Part shown: piece after piece, positions 1-12,690 of the stretch
How the letters are laid out: each line of letters begins with the position of its first letter
Numbering within the stretch: the stretch's first letter is position 1
Position numbers and translations under genes: made by a program
The notes under the pieces: model-generated
Database searches by the model: none
Told to the model about the DNA's origin: nothing
What the model saw: only the letters and a program-made list of their open reading frames with translations
Assembly: GCA_029717555.1 (NCBI GenBank)
Contig: JAMDHS010000022.1
Coordinates: forward strand, 62,001-126,000
DNA: 64,000 bases
DNA from: Peribolospora baueri
Lineage: Eukaryota
Reading direction: 5' to 3'

Positions 1-559
1 TGGCGATCAAGGCCGCCAGATGGATGTGTGCGTGGTTGCCGAAGGGGTTGAAGGAGTGGTCGGAGGTGGGAGGTGCGGGAAGGGTTTGGACATGGTTGCC
101 AGAGGGATGGAAGGCGCAGTTAGAGGCGACGGGTGTGAGACGAGCTTTGTTTGAGATTAAGAAGAGGGATGAGGTGGTCAAGGCTGTGCCAAGGGCGGAG
201 CTTTCCATATGGGCCACGGAAGGTGAGTAAGATGTGTCCCGTACAGGAGCGCCGACGAGCTCGTTTGTTGACTCCTTCACAATTCCATCTTTCTGTTCTC
301 GGATCGACCAGCCTTGTCAAATCTCACGTGCGCATCTCTAAACGAAGACCCGTACGGCTCAGTACAGCGCGACATCACAAAGATCCTCGAAGCTTTCGTG
401 ATTTACTACGACGCGTTGTCCGTATTCGTCGAAAGGCTCTCGACCAAGGCGCACCAGGAGCTTGCGTCGCAGAAGGATGAGAGCAGGAAGTTGAGACTGA
501 AGAGCGAGTGGGATGAGGCAGTGGGAAAGGAGTTGTTACCCCTGCAAACCGGTGCGTAA
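1..559 (+). CDS. 3' part of an unidentified spliced protein gene (truncated by window start)
   Basis: Open frame ...WLPKGLKEWSEV...WATE ends at donor GTGAGT (223). Acceptor CTCAG (~362) resumes in frame VQRDITKILEAF...LQTGA with stop at 559. No family recognised. Confidence 0.5.
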
Positions 560-955
560 TAAGCTGACTTTGTTTGTCGGCGGCTTTCCATGGTGCGGAA
601 TGTTGACGCCTGTGTCATCCCGTATCCTTCTCCCTTATGAACGAACAGCCCTGCACACGGGCATCTCGTCCATCTTAAACACCTTTAGCAGGTTTGAGCT
701 CAAATTTCCTCCTCGTATCGCGCGTCGTCTCGACTCCTTCTTCGAGAAGGGCCGATTCCCAACGCCAGTGCCATCGCCTAACTCTAGGGATGCCTTGTCT
801 GAGTGGACTAAGTAGCGCTGCCGGACTTGTACAACTACATCGAGCTTGTGTCCCGTAACTGGACTTACTTGAGTCCTTCGCATCCATGCAAGCAAATTAC
901 ACTTTGCATGTTTCCTCAGCCTTGTGCGATGCGACCCACCGCCTCGTCGCCGCTA

Positions 956-3469
956 TTAGCCGGCATCGCTGTCTTCCCCCGAGTCCTCCGGAGACGAGTG
1001 TGCACACCGCCTCTGTCTGAACTCGAGCGCCGAGACATCGTCCCGTAAATTATCGGGTGAAGATGGACCCTCTGAAGACGGGTAGGCGCATCGGGCCGGC
1101 GCAAACTCGAGCGCCGTAACGTCGACCCCCAAATCGTCGCCGGGACTACTGGTCATGTAGATGGCCGAGCGGTCCATCTGCACGCACGACACGGGGGGAC
1201 CTTTGCGCATGGGGAGGCGCTGGACTCGGTAAGGGGTCTCGAGAAAATCGGAAAGGGTGAGGACGTGGATGCTGGCCTGATGGGTGCGACGGAGGAACGA
1301 AGGCGAGGCGGGGAAGGAAAAAAAAAAAAAGGACATTTGTTTGGAGGTGGCGGATCGTCCACGAACGAGCGCGACTCACGCCAGCTACTACGGCCCTTCC
1401 GTTGTCGACAGCGAGATTACCGCCGGCGCGACGACCGTTCCAGAGCTTGAGTGCGCGGGCTTGCTCGAAAATGTGTTGAGGATGCTTTTGAATGAGGGTG
1501 CGGTAGTCGTGGAAGATCAGCACGAGGCCCTCGGCGCTGAGGACGACGAGGTTGCCCTGCTGATCGACGTGGATGGCCTGCCACGGTTGAGACCTAAAGT
1601 ACACGGCTTCGCCGCCACTCCCTTCCACCGCGGGGGCTTCGAGGTGGTAGATATCGGCAGGCTGAGGAGGGAGCAAAGGATCCGAATCTCCGTCCTCGCC
1701 GAGCCATTCGCGAGGCGTGGGCTCCATGGGCGTGAACGTCTGTCCCAACCTGCCGGTCTTCCAGGTGCGGGTGTACGGCCAGTGGCCGACCTTGTCGGTG
1801 ATGTTGATCGCCAGCTGTCCGTCTGACCTTCTCCAGATGGAGATGATGCCGTCACCGACGAGGAAGACGTGGTCGGCGTCAAAATCGATGTACGTCACGT
1901 TCTCAATGTTGCCAACGGTGTGGACCGAGGAAATGTCTAAAAGCCGGAAGAATTTGGGTGCAGAGGTACGAATGACGGTCAGCCAAAACGAACGAGGGCT
2001 CTTGGAGAAAATTCGTGAGCGAACCATTCCCCCACTCACCGAAGATTTGAATCAGCTCTTTGTCCGGAACGTTCCACACGCAAACATGGCCGTCTAGAGT
2101 AGCGGCCATAAGATGCGGAAATTGAAAGCTGACCGAACGCGTTCAGGGAATGAGCGGAAGGTGGGTGAGCTTACAACCAGGAACGACATGGACACGTCGA
2201 CTAATAGAGAGTGTCCGTGCAGTGTCGCCCGGCTCACCGGTAAGCTCTGATCGGCAAAGGACTGCTCAGTATGGCATATCGCACGAAATGACCTCGCCTC
2301 GGCTGCGCGTGCTCCTCTCCGGGTGCCCTGGACACAGGTCTCGGCCGCACACTGTCGTCATCGCTTTCCTCATCGGTCAGCCTTCCCCAAAACACGTCTT
2401 CGTCGTCACTGTCCGTGTGGACGGACGACGCGCCGTCGCTGTCGGGGGTTCTTGAACGGTCTGAGAGGGCTATGCGCTCGGACCTCCAAACTTCGAAGTG
2501 GGCTAATCCTAGCGCAGAAAAGAGAGAGATCGTTAGCGGTTCGAGTTGGCGAAGGAGAGAAGGCATGGACGAAGGTCAAATACGTCGCTTGCATGCCCTT
2601 CGTAATTGGGAGCGCGCACTGACCGAAGCGGTCAAAGATCATCCACCCATCAGAGAACTCGAGATGCGCATGATTCCTCGTGTCTCGCCTCGGGATCTCC
2701 CACAGCAGCTTGGAGTCTTCGAGAGCGACGACGCGGACTCCGCCTGGTGGGAGGGTGAAGTAAGTTTAGCGTGCGCATAAAACCGGTCCCAGAGGAACCA
2801 AATCATGCTCACCGTGCATGCCGGTGCTGATCAGAGTCTGCTCCGTTTGACTGCCGTGGACGGTCCGGGGAAGGACAGAACGGGCGAGATTGCAAAGATG
2901 GCTTGAGCGGGCCATAACTTGTGGCGGTGGCGACGGAGAGCCAAAGAAAAAATGTTCACATGCGCTCACTCGAGCTTTATTCGCCAGATATCGCGTCTGG
3001 TGGGCGCTCCTTGAATAAACCTGTGGGTGCAATAAGGCCGTCTCGAGCTCCAGTTGCGGTCGAGCGTCCATTGCCGGCAGCCTTGGGGCGGAGGGCGACG
3101 AATCGTTCAGTGGGCCGCGAAGGGAGGCGTTCATGCATGAAGTAGAAAAGCCGGCACGCACAAATGATGAGAAACCGTCAACTCACATAGCTCTCTCCAG
3201 CTGCTCGTGCCGAGGAACGCCCCGTTGGATGTCCGCCTCGCCGCCACCTCGCTCTCGAGATCCGGCCCGTTCTCCGCGTCAGCGTAGCCGATGCTGATGG
3301 CGGCGTTACGCCATATCTGCGCAGCGTGGATGGTGAGAAAGAGATGCCATCTTCGGGAGACGCTGTGGAGAGCGGCGAGGGTGGGCACGGGGAGGTAGGA
3401 GAAAATGGTGATGACTGGAGGAGGGCCGCTCGAAGCGAAGCGAGCGTCGACCGATGAGTAGTCGGCCAT
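956..3469 (-). CDS. F-box protein with WD40/beta-propeller-like C-terminal region (multi-exon)
   Basis: N-terminal F-box-like PPVITIFSYLPVPTLAALHSVSRRWH. Spliced exons give DIWRIKLD-QTEQTLISTG-GGVRVVAL..LLW, RAYRFQFPHLMAATLDGHVCVWNV, VTYIDFDADHVFLVG and SCVQMDRSAIYMT, all with consensus splice sites. Confidence 0.75.
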
Positions 3470-3822
3470 GGACAGGCGGAGGGGATGTCATCTGCGCCAC
3501 TCACCCGTCTCGGGAGGAAGCTCGCTAAGTACGTCGGGCAACATATTGGACATTGGAAAGCAGGATGGCCTCCATCAGGAGGAGCGAGTCGTTCGTGTGT
3601 CGAGCCAACGTCGTCGTCCCCCGCCAAGGGCGTCTCTATCCATTATCGCTCCCTTCCCGCGGGTGATCTTCTGGGTCCGTGCGCTCATCACGTGCTCCAT
3701 TTTATCAGTCACCCTGGTCGATCGTTTGACTTTGCCTCATTCCGCCCCAACGAAACGCCAGACGGTCGGTTGGTTACATAACCCACATAAATACTTGCGG
3801 ACAGCAATTGCTGAAGCGCGCC

Positions 3823-5534
3823 ATGACAATGCCTACCAAAGGCCTGCTCAAGACCATACCCGCCGTCTTCTATAGAGGCGGGACAAGGTGCGGCGAGCGA
3901 GCCCATCTGGCTGATCTCGGACCGCCACGGGAGGTCCTATTTCGCGATGCAGTTGCTGACCACCGGCGTTCGCGTTTCCCTTTCTCTCACACCCAGCAAG
4001 GGTCTCTTCTTCCAAGCTCGTGATCTTGCAGCCTACACGCAGGATGTGAGGACGCGCGTATTGCTCTCGGCCATGGGTGAGCTCGTGTCCGCTCGTTTAG
4101 TTGCATCTCTCAGCAGCTCCGACGCAGCTGTTGACTCGCAATTCCACCGCGGCTGTGCAGGCAGTCCAGATCCAGACGGACGGCAGATCGATGGGCTGGG
4201 CGGGGGCGTGTCTAGTCTGTCGAAGGTCGCCATTGTCTCTGGGAGAGGCGAGGGCTGGGACGACAGGATGGCGGGGCCCGAGTACGCTTGGCCCGGGGTG
4301 GACTGGAAGCACGCTCAAGAGGAGGCCGAGGTGGAAGGGAAGGAGTGGGACGTGAACTACCTATTCGGACAAGTGGGCGTGCGCGAGTCCACGATTGACT
4401 GGGCATCGACGTGCGGAAACTTGATGGCCGCTGTGGCTCAGTACGCCATCGACGAGCGACTGCTCTCCCCACGTCGAATAGCCTACCTCGAGCGACGATG
4501 GCTATCTTCCCCGGCCTCGTCCACTGGCGCCTCCTCCTCTCTGCCCTTCCGCGTTCCCGTGCGCATCCTAGCTGCCAATACGGGCGCGCGCATCACGGCT
4601 CACGTAGAGCTGGCGAGAGAGGCCGCGGACACGGGCGGGTTTCAGGCGGCAAAGAGCGGCGGAGCGGCCATCGCAGGCGTGCCTGGGACGGCGAGCCCAA
4701 TCGTGATTGAGAGTCCGTTAAAGAGGGATCATCTCGTCACGGGGAGGGAGAGGGATGTGTTCGAGGTGGATTGCAAGAAGGTAAGCCAGCCGGGTGGTCT
4801 CCTAATGACATATCGCTCGAGACTCTTTTCAACGACCGGTCAGCGACCGGGAGTGCCCTTTCCTGAAATCGCATCTGCTTTTTCGCCTGCAGCTAGAGTG
4901 CACGATCATCGACGCCGGCCTGCCCACGATTCTCCTTCCTCTTTCCTCGCTCGCACAACTCCTCCCCTCTTCGTTCGCCGAGAACGCGTCCCACTTCTTC
5001 TCTCTCTCCCCCGCGGACCTCGACGCGCACCCTTCCTTCCTCTCGGCAGTCGAGCGCGTCCGCCACTCAGCTTGGCACGCGCTCCGGGATGACCCCGATG
5101 CGGCGGCGAGGTCGTTCTCAGCGACGGCGCCCAAGGTGGCCATCGTGGGGCCGTCGACGCCGTACAAGAGCAGCGGGGGGCGGACGGTGGACGGGGAGGA
5201 GCAAGACGTGACAGTGCGAGCGGTGAGCGTGGGCAACGTGCATCGGACGATCATGGCCACCGCGCTCTCCGCTATGGCCGTCGCGGCCGCCTACCCTCGC
5301 TCAGTTGTCGCCGAAGCGGTGGGTGGGCGGAAGGTGCGCGACGACGAGGACGCGGCGATGATACGGCTGAGAGTGGGTCAACCGGCAGGCGTGAGCGAAG
5401 CGTCGGTGGCGCTGGACGGGGCGGGACAGCCGAGGAGCATCGTCGTGGTTAGGACGGCTCGACGGCTCATGCAGGGCCAGGTGCTCGTCCCTGACAGTGC
5501 TTTCGGCGGAGATACGATGGGGGGCCCTCTGTGA
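3823..5534 (+). CDS. PrpF-family (aconitate/methylaconitate delta-isomerase-like) protein
   Basis: Intron 3888-3996 joins IPAVFYRGGTS-KGLFF. Family motifs GSPDPDGRQIDGLGGGVSSLSKVAIV, STCGNL, IAGVPGTASPI and VGNVHRTIMAT are present. Second intron ~4781-4892. Confidence 0.9.
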
Positions 5535-6086
5535 GGACATGTATCAATCGCTCGTTAGTCCGTCCGTCCGTCCTTTCTTCCGTCTTTCCTTCCTGTGGCG
5601 TAGATTAGATCCGACCTGGAGATCCCGTGGGGTCCCCGGCGGCCCGGCGGCAAGCGATGCCTTGGCGGCCTTGTCTGCACAGCGGCAACGGAGATGCACC
5701 TCGTCCAGGCGGCCACGGCCATCATGACCTGGCCTTGATCGTTCATTATTGGCTCTTCGGCGCCGGCGATTTTCGCCTGCCGACGGCGGCCGAGGGGGTG
5801 GAGTGCGTGCCGCAGCGGGCTTGGAGGGGTTGGGATACGCTCGTGCGAGGTGGGCCAAGCCATCGGTCATTAGGCCTGTCTAAAGAATGCGCCAGCAAGG
5901 TCGTCATGTCATGTCATGGCCAACCACGGCTTGCCTGGAATCGGCTGGTTTCGGGTCGGCGACCTCTGCTGGCCCTTAAATCGACGGCCGCTCGGACCGA
6001 TGGTTGGCTTGGACTTGTGCTCCCTCCCTCCCTCCCATCCTCTCACACCACCTTGACCCGCCTCTGTCCGGAGCGAGAGCACCAAC

Positions 6087-9060
6087 ATGAGGCTCACGCT
6101 ACCCCTCTCCCTCGCCTTTCTCGCCTGGTCCTCCACGGGCCTCGTCGCCTCGCTCGGCGCAACCCCGCTTAGCCCGCTAGAGTCCGATCTCCTCGGCCTC
6201 TCTCCTTTCCACCTCCAGAGGCGCTTCCCAAGCGAGCCCGACCAGAACGTGACCGGCGAGGGAGGATTGGAGGACGCGAAGCGCCGCGCGGCCGACCTTG
6301 TGGCACAGCTCACCATCGAAGAGAAGGTCAACCTCACCACCGGCGTCGTGGGCCGGTGCGTCGGCAACACGGGCTCGGTCCATAGGTTCGGCATCCCGGA
6401 GCTCTGCCTCGAGGACGGTGAGCGAGCAAGGCCACGACGCGGAGACGCCGGTAGAATAGACTTCACGCTGTCTTCTCACTCTACCCTACCCTTCCTCCGG
6501 ACAGGACCCGCCGGAGTGAGGCCCACAGACGGCGCCTCGGCATTTCCGGACGGTGCGTAGCTCTGCTACACTGCGACCGGGGCACGGCCTCGCGCGGACA
6601 ACGAGTTGGACGTGTCCCTCTTGAACTTATTCCCTTGCCTTCCATCTGTCTGCTCTCTCCACAGGCGTGACCACGGCAGCAACGTGGGACAGAGACCTCA
6701 TGTACCTCCGCGCCAAGGCGATGGGCCAGGAATTTTACGGCAAGGGGGTTCACATTGTATGTGCCCCGTCCTTCGATCTCCTTTCGGCGCCTCTGTGCAT
6801 CCCCTCTTCGCTGACCGGCTTTTGTGTTTTCCGTGTTCACACTGACAGGCTCTTCAGGTAGGTCCTTCTCGCTCGAGGCGCTAGGGGCCGAAAAGTGGAC
6901 GTGCTCGTCTTATCGTCTCGTGCTTTTCACATCGCTCGTTGTCGGCCGCTCCCATCAAGCCAGTGACAGGTGAGCGTTTTCGACAAGTGACGAGCCCCGC
7001 CCCACATCGTAACGTGTCTGCAGAGTTCCGCTGAACACGTTTCCTTCCTCCAACCTTGTCGACCAAGGTGGTCCCCTCGGTGAGTCACTTACACCCGCCT
7101 TGCCAAGCGAGATCGCACGCGAATGACGACGTCTCCTTTCCTCCTGCACAGGACGCAGCCCGTACGATGGCAGAAGTAAGAGACGTCGCCCTTAATGTGT
7201 CGTTCACCGCACACTGCCTCTTTGTCTCAATCGCCTTGTCCCCGCATTCGCGCAGATTGGGAGGGCTGGTCACCGGACCCGTACCTGGTGAGTCCAAGAG
7301 CCGCCCCTCCCGACACTCAGCCTCGGACGACAGTTGACCTGGTGGATCGGTTCGCAGACCGGCGTGGGCTCCTACCAAAGCGTGGCGGGCACGCAGGATG
7401 CCGGCGTGTCGGCTTGTTCTAAACACTACATCCTGTGAGCGCTCTGCCCAGCCGAACCCATTCCTTTCGACTCCTTTCATCATGCCATTGAGCTCATTCG
7501 CACATTTTTTCTTTCTATGTCACGACTGCCTATGCAGGTATGAGCAGGAGACATTCAGAAGCGTTCCTTTCGTAAGCCACAGCCCCTCTCGCACGGGACC
7601 GCCCAAATCAAGTATGCTCAGCAACCCTCTCTCATTCCCTTCACCGTAGGCTCCGTACGACAATCCCTTGACTATATCAGAGAATGCCAACGACAAGACA
7701 ATTCACGAGCTCTACCTCTGGCCGTTCGCGGAAGCGCTCAGGGCGGGAACTGCGGCTATCATGTGCAGCGTGAGTGGAGGACGTGAGGACAGGCTATTTG
7801 TCCCACATGCCGTCAGACACCGTAGACTGACGACGTAATCAATTCCCGACTACTACAGTACAATAGTATGTGATAGGCGTCTTTGTCGTGCGCTGATGAT
7901 TCTTAATCGCTGAGAGCGCCTGTTTATCATCCCGACGCCAACCAGGAATCAACGGAACTGTGAGTCAAGGTTCTCTCAGCCTACGTCGTTATTCTTTTCT
8001 GGCCTTGTCTCTAACTGGCTGACCCGTATCCACCATGCCTTTTTGTTTCCATTCAGCGTGCGTTCCGTCCGCTCTCGTCTTGCTCACTGTCACGCCCCAT
8101 GCTCACCGCTTTGATTGTATTCTCCGTTCCAATGGTTGTGATCACCGAGCAGAAGGTGAGCTTACCTTTTCATCCGCCGTACCATCCGTTCGTTCGTTCG
8201 GCCTTGGCTGATTTGAAATCGTCGGCGCCAGCTTGCGAATCGAACTACGCTCTCAACCGTATCCTCAAGGATGAGCTGGACTTCCAAGGCATCGTCATCA
8301 GGTGCGCTTCGGTGATCCACATCCGTGCCCAGCTCGTTGGGGGACGTGTTGCTGAAAGAGGCCTGACTCCACGTGTCCGATTTTTTTGACCATGTCAGCG
8401 ACTGGGGAGCCGTCTACTCGACCTCCCCCAGCGCAAATAACGGTCTGGGTAAGTCCCCCACGGCCTCCACCCGTCGTGTAGCGGCTCCAGAGCTGAGCTT
8501 GTTGACTCGCGTGTGGGCGCAGACATGGAAATGCCCGGCGGACCGGGCGCTTTCTTCGGAGCCAATTTGACCAACGCTATCAACTCGGGACAAGTCCCTG
8601 GCTGGCGCCTGGATGATATGGCGGAGCGCATTCTTCTGCAGTATTTCCTCAGGGGTCAAGACTCCGGGTAGGCTTCCGAATCATTCTTTTCGGTGGAATT
8701 TCCACACGTCCTGAGACTAGTTTTCTCCGACGCCTATCGCAGCTACCCTGCCACCAATTTCCACAGCAACACACTCGCCACCTATTTGAACGGAACTCTG
8801 GTCAACGAGCACGTGAACGTGCAAGCGGACCACAGGAAGATCATTCTAGAGATCGCCACGGACGCGATCACGCTGTACAAGAACGATCGTACGCCCGGCA
8901 AGCGCGGGCTGCCGCTGAACAAGCCCAAGAGCCTCGCAGTCTATGGCTCCGACGCAGGACCGAGCCCCCTTGGCGCCAACGGATGTCACGGAGCTGGGAC
9001 TCAGGACGGTGGGAATGTGTGCCCGGCCAATTCGACCAATGTGAGCACTACTCGTCCATG

Positions 9061-9107
<47 letters not shown>

Positions 9108-10706
9108 CTTCTTCTTCTTCTCTAATCTCGCTTTTTGAAAAGCTGACTTTAACATCAACTCGCCCCTCGCTCTAGAACGGCACTTTTGCTCTCGGTGGCG
9201 GTTCGGGTGGTGCACGGTTCCCCTACCTCATCGACCCGCTCGCGGCTCTTCAGGCCCGTGCGCGCGAAGAGGGTACGTGGATCGACTCGTACCTTGACGA
9301 CTTCTCCGCCACCTCGGACACCGTCGACCTCGATATGATCGCAGGCGCTGCCGACGCTGCCCTCGTGTTCGTCCAGGCTCGCGCGTCTGAAGGCAGTGAT
9401 AGGACCAACCTCAGTCTGTGGGACAACGGGTGAGCGTCGCTCGTGTTTCTCGGAAAGCCCAGGTCTGCCGGTTTGCTGATACCGGCACGCGTACCTTCTT
9501 TTGCGTCCTGACAGCGACGAGCTCATTAAGAAGGTTGCGAGCATCAAGTGAGCGGCGAGCTGCTTTGCATGCCCCCACCGGTTTATCGCCCACTCTCTGA
9601 CCTGTGTATCCTCACCTCCAGTCCCAACACCATAGTCGTCATGCATACCGTCGGCCCAGTGTGGATGGACGATTGGTTCCACCATCCGAACGTCAGCGCC
9701 GTCGTGCACGCTTACTTGCCTGGTGAGCGGCGAAGGTGTGCCGCCCTCGCTTGCGTTCTCAACTCAACGGCGACCGTGCTTGCTCTTTTCTCGTGCGGTA
9801 GGCCAGGAAAGCGGCAACGCCATCGTAAGGATTCTGTACGGCGACGTGGCTCCTTCGGGCAAGAGCCCGTTCTCGGTACTTTCCAAGAAGGACGCGGCGG
9901 CGCTTATTCCGATCATCGGGACTACCAACGACGTCCAGGGAGACTTCCGGGACCCTGGCCGCAACTTTACGGACCCTCAAGAGGACTTTACCGAGGGCGT
10001 ATTCATCGACTATCGATCCTACGACGCCAAGAACATCACCCCGCTCATCGAGTTTGGCTTCGGGCTCTCGTACACGACCTTTGGATATTCGAACTTGAAC
10101 ATCCGCAAAGGCACGGGTTACTCACCGACTCGCGTGCCCGTCGATCCCAACGCTGACAAGGGTCCGGGCGGACGCCCTTCCGACTTTGAATACCTCCTCA
10201 CCGGTGAGTCGTCGGTCAGTCTTAGGTACGACCAAGATGCGATTTGGCACACAGGGGTATCTGACCGTGTCTTGGATTTGACACCGAAAGCGTCTGTGGA
10301 CGTCACGAACACGGGCAAGGTCACCGCGAGCGAGGTTGCGCAGCTCTACCTCGGGTTCCCCCCGTCTGCCGGTGCTCCTCCAAAGCAGCTGCGCGGCTTC
10401 TTCAAAGTGAAGAACCTTGAGCCAGGCAAGAGCGCGACGGCTACTTTCAACCTGACGAGGAAGGACTTTAGCGTCTGGGTGAGCGGTAGCATAGCTGGCT
10501 CGTGGAGCGGTGAAAGCGACCGCGGTCATCTCACTTTACCTTTTTTTTTTTTTTTTTGTTTTCCCTTTCTCTCGCGCTCCCAGGACACCGCGACGCAACG
10601 CTGGCAAATCCCGTCCGGCGAGTTCACCGTCATGGTCGGCAAGAGCTCCCGCAAGATCGTTCATAAAGCCACCGTGACGGCCAAGAACGGCGAGCTAGCG
10701 TGGTAG
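6087..10706 (+). CDS. Secreted glycoside hydrolase family 3 beta-glucosidase (~25 exons, many microexons)
   Basis: Signal peptide [16 protein letters not shown]3 motifs [85 protein letters not shown] (nucleophile Asp), [25 protein letters not shown]. FnIII-like tail EVAQLYL..PKQLRGF. Confidence 0.95.
9063..9107 (+). repeat. poly(T)45 tract inside a GH3 intron
   Basis: Homopolymer run within intron ~9041-9175, followed by (CTT)n. Confidence 0.95.
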
Positions 10707-11664
10707 AAACGGAGCGCCCACCTGCCCCGCACCCTCTCCTGCTCCCGTGACCCCCATCGTGGAGTCAAGGCCACAATCCCATCATCCAAGCGCCTCCTCA
10801 CGATCTTTGAACACGAGCACGGACCACGTACCTTTCTTCGATACCGTGTAGTATGTACATACACACTGTACCTGTCGAGACCCCGGGGGCGCCAGCCCGG
10901 GACGCTTTTTTTTCTTTTTTCTCTTGCGCCCCCCCTTGTCATCTCAAATAGGACATGAACCTTCTTTACACATCGACTGCTCGTCGACGTGGTCGAGCGA
11001 GGCACTCATCCTGGCGCAAAGGTATGAAGGGGACAGGCCGAAAAGTCGATTCGATCTCCTCCGCTTCTAGTCGTCGTATAGATGAGACGGGTATACGAGC
11101 GTTTTCCGCCATCTTCCACGCTTTCGACGACGGACGACGGTCTTTTTGGCCGACGAGCTCGCCCGTTCGTCCGTCGCTCTGATCTGATCGTCATCTGCCG
11201 GCTTCCGTCCGAACACCGTGTCGTGACGGACGACGCGTGTGCACGGATGGATGCGCGCATTTTCTCACGAGCCCCTTCGCTCCGTTTGCCCCTTCATCGA
11301 TTGGGGCCGCGGCGGGGAATGCACATGGAGGGGATCGATGCCAGTGGTGGTCACACAACTTTGCTTCCCGACGGAGAAAAAAGTGTCTGGTTACCATTTC
11401 ACCAATGGGAACAAATAAAAAAGGTACGGTAAGAATCAAAGAGGGGGCGCTAAACGGCCATCTCTCTTCTGCATGACTCGACCAACACGATGGCCGAATC
11501 GTGGAGAAGGATGTGAAAGTGGAAGTGGGGGAGGGTCCCATGTACGAATGCGGAACGCTCTCTTAACCTGTGATCAGTGAGCCGTCAAAGGAAAGAGGGA
11601 CGAACCATGTCAGACGGCGTCGGCAAAGCGGCTATGAATGGGTCGTTGAAATGACGGCGCGCGC

Positions 11665-12690
11665 TCACCGTAGTTCAGACTGAGTCACGGCGCAGGAGCA
11701 AGAGATGATACGGCCAGAGCAAAGAGATCAGCATCGCTGTCCTCCACAAAAGACAGATGACAAATGTGCGGACAGAATTAATCTTGTGCTCACCGGAACA
11801 TGTCGTTGAAGCTGCGCGCGGGAGAACCCAGGAGAACAAGCGAGGATGCGGAGAATATCAGCACGGCGGTCGTGTCCAGGTCGCATGGTTACGCCCTGGA
11901 TCTCTGTTATGAATGACTCACACATAGTAACTGGAGCCTTCGGGAACGAGCTGGAAGACCTGGCTGAAAGCGAGAGGGTTGGGCGTATCGTCGACCTGAA
12001 GTAGCCAGGGCCGGCAATGGAGGACAGGTGATCAGACGGCCAACCGAAAGTACGAAGCGCGGAAATTAAGGAGGCAGTGCTTACCACAAGCTGGCCAGTG
12101 ACAGAGACAAGAATACTGGCTTGGGTGGGGCTCGACGGTTGAGCATCGAGGGTGGAGACGCGGTGCTGGACCTTCTGGAAGGGAAGGCCCTGCAGGCGGC
12201 GCAACAAGCCATGGCCGACAAGATGAGACGCATAGGTGAAAGTCAATCAGACTTTGTCAAGATGCTTATGGCCAGCCTTCATTGAATAACAGAGTTAAAG
12301 GTGCCAAAAAGAGGAGCCCACCGCCAGCTTCTGGACGATCGCAGGACCACCCTGGAACTGCTCACTCTCCCACGTGAGCATGGAGGAGTCTCGCTGTTGG
12401 TTGGAGACCCGTGCGCAAGACGGGAGGAGTAAGCAACATGAAGTGGATGCAGACGATTTAGTTGCAATAGAATGCTCGCGCAAGTATAAGCTCATTTAAC
12501 TCACGTACAAGCCCCCGAGGCCAGAGCGGTCCGAGTCGAACTGCTGGTAATAGAAGTCGACAAACTGGCGGGCGAGGGGATACCAAAGAAATTAAAAAAG
12601 CGGTCGCGAAACCTCGCCGTACACAATAGCACATCCCATGGGCAAGCTCCGCATACTCACGTTCTTAGCGATCGTATTCATGTCAGCCAT
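11665..12690 (-). CDS. NTF2: Nuclear transport factor 2
   Basis: Seven exons give [111 protein letters not shown]. Confidence 0.95.

Noticed and set aside
3823..10706. Itaconate or other secondary-metabolite gene cluster around the PrpF-like gene
   Set aside because: No decarboxylase, P450, carrier, transcription factor or backbone synthase nearby. The MFS permease is 20 kb away among housekeeping genes.
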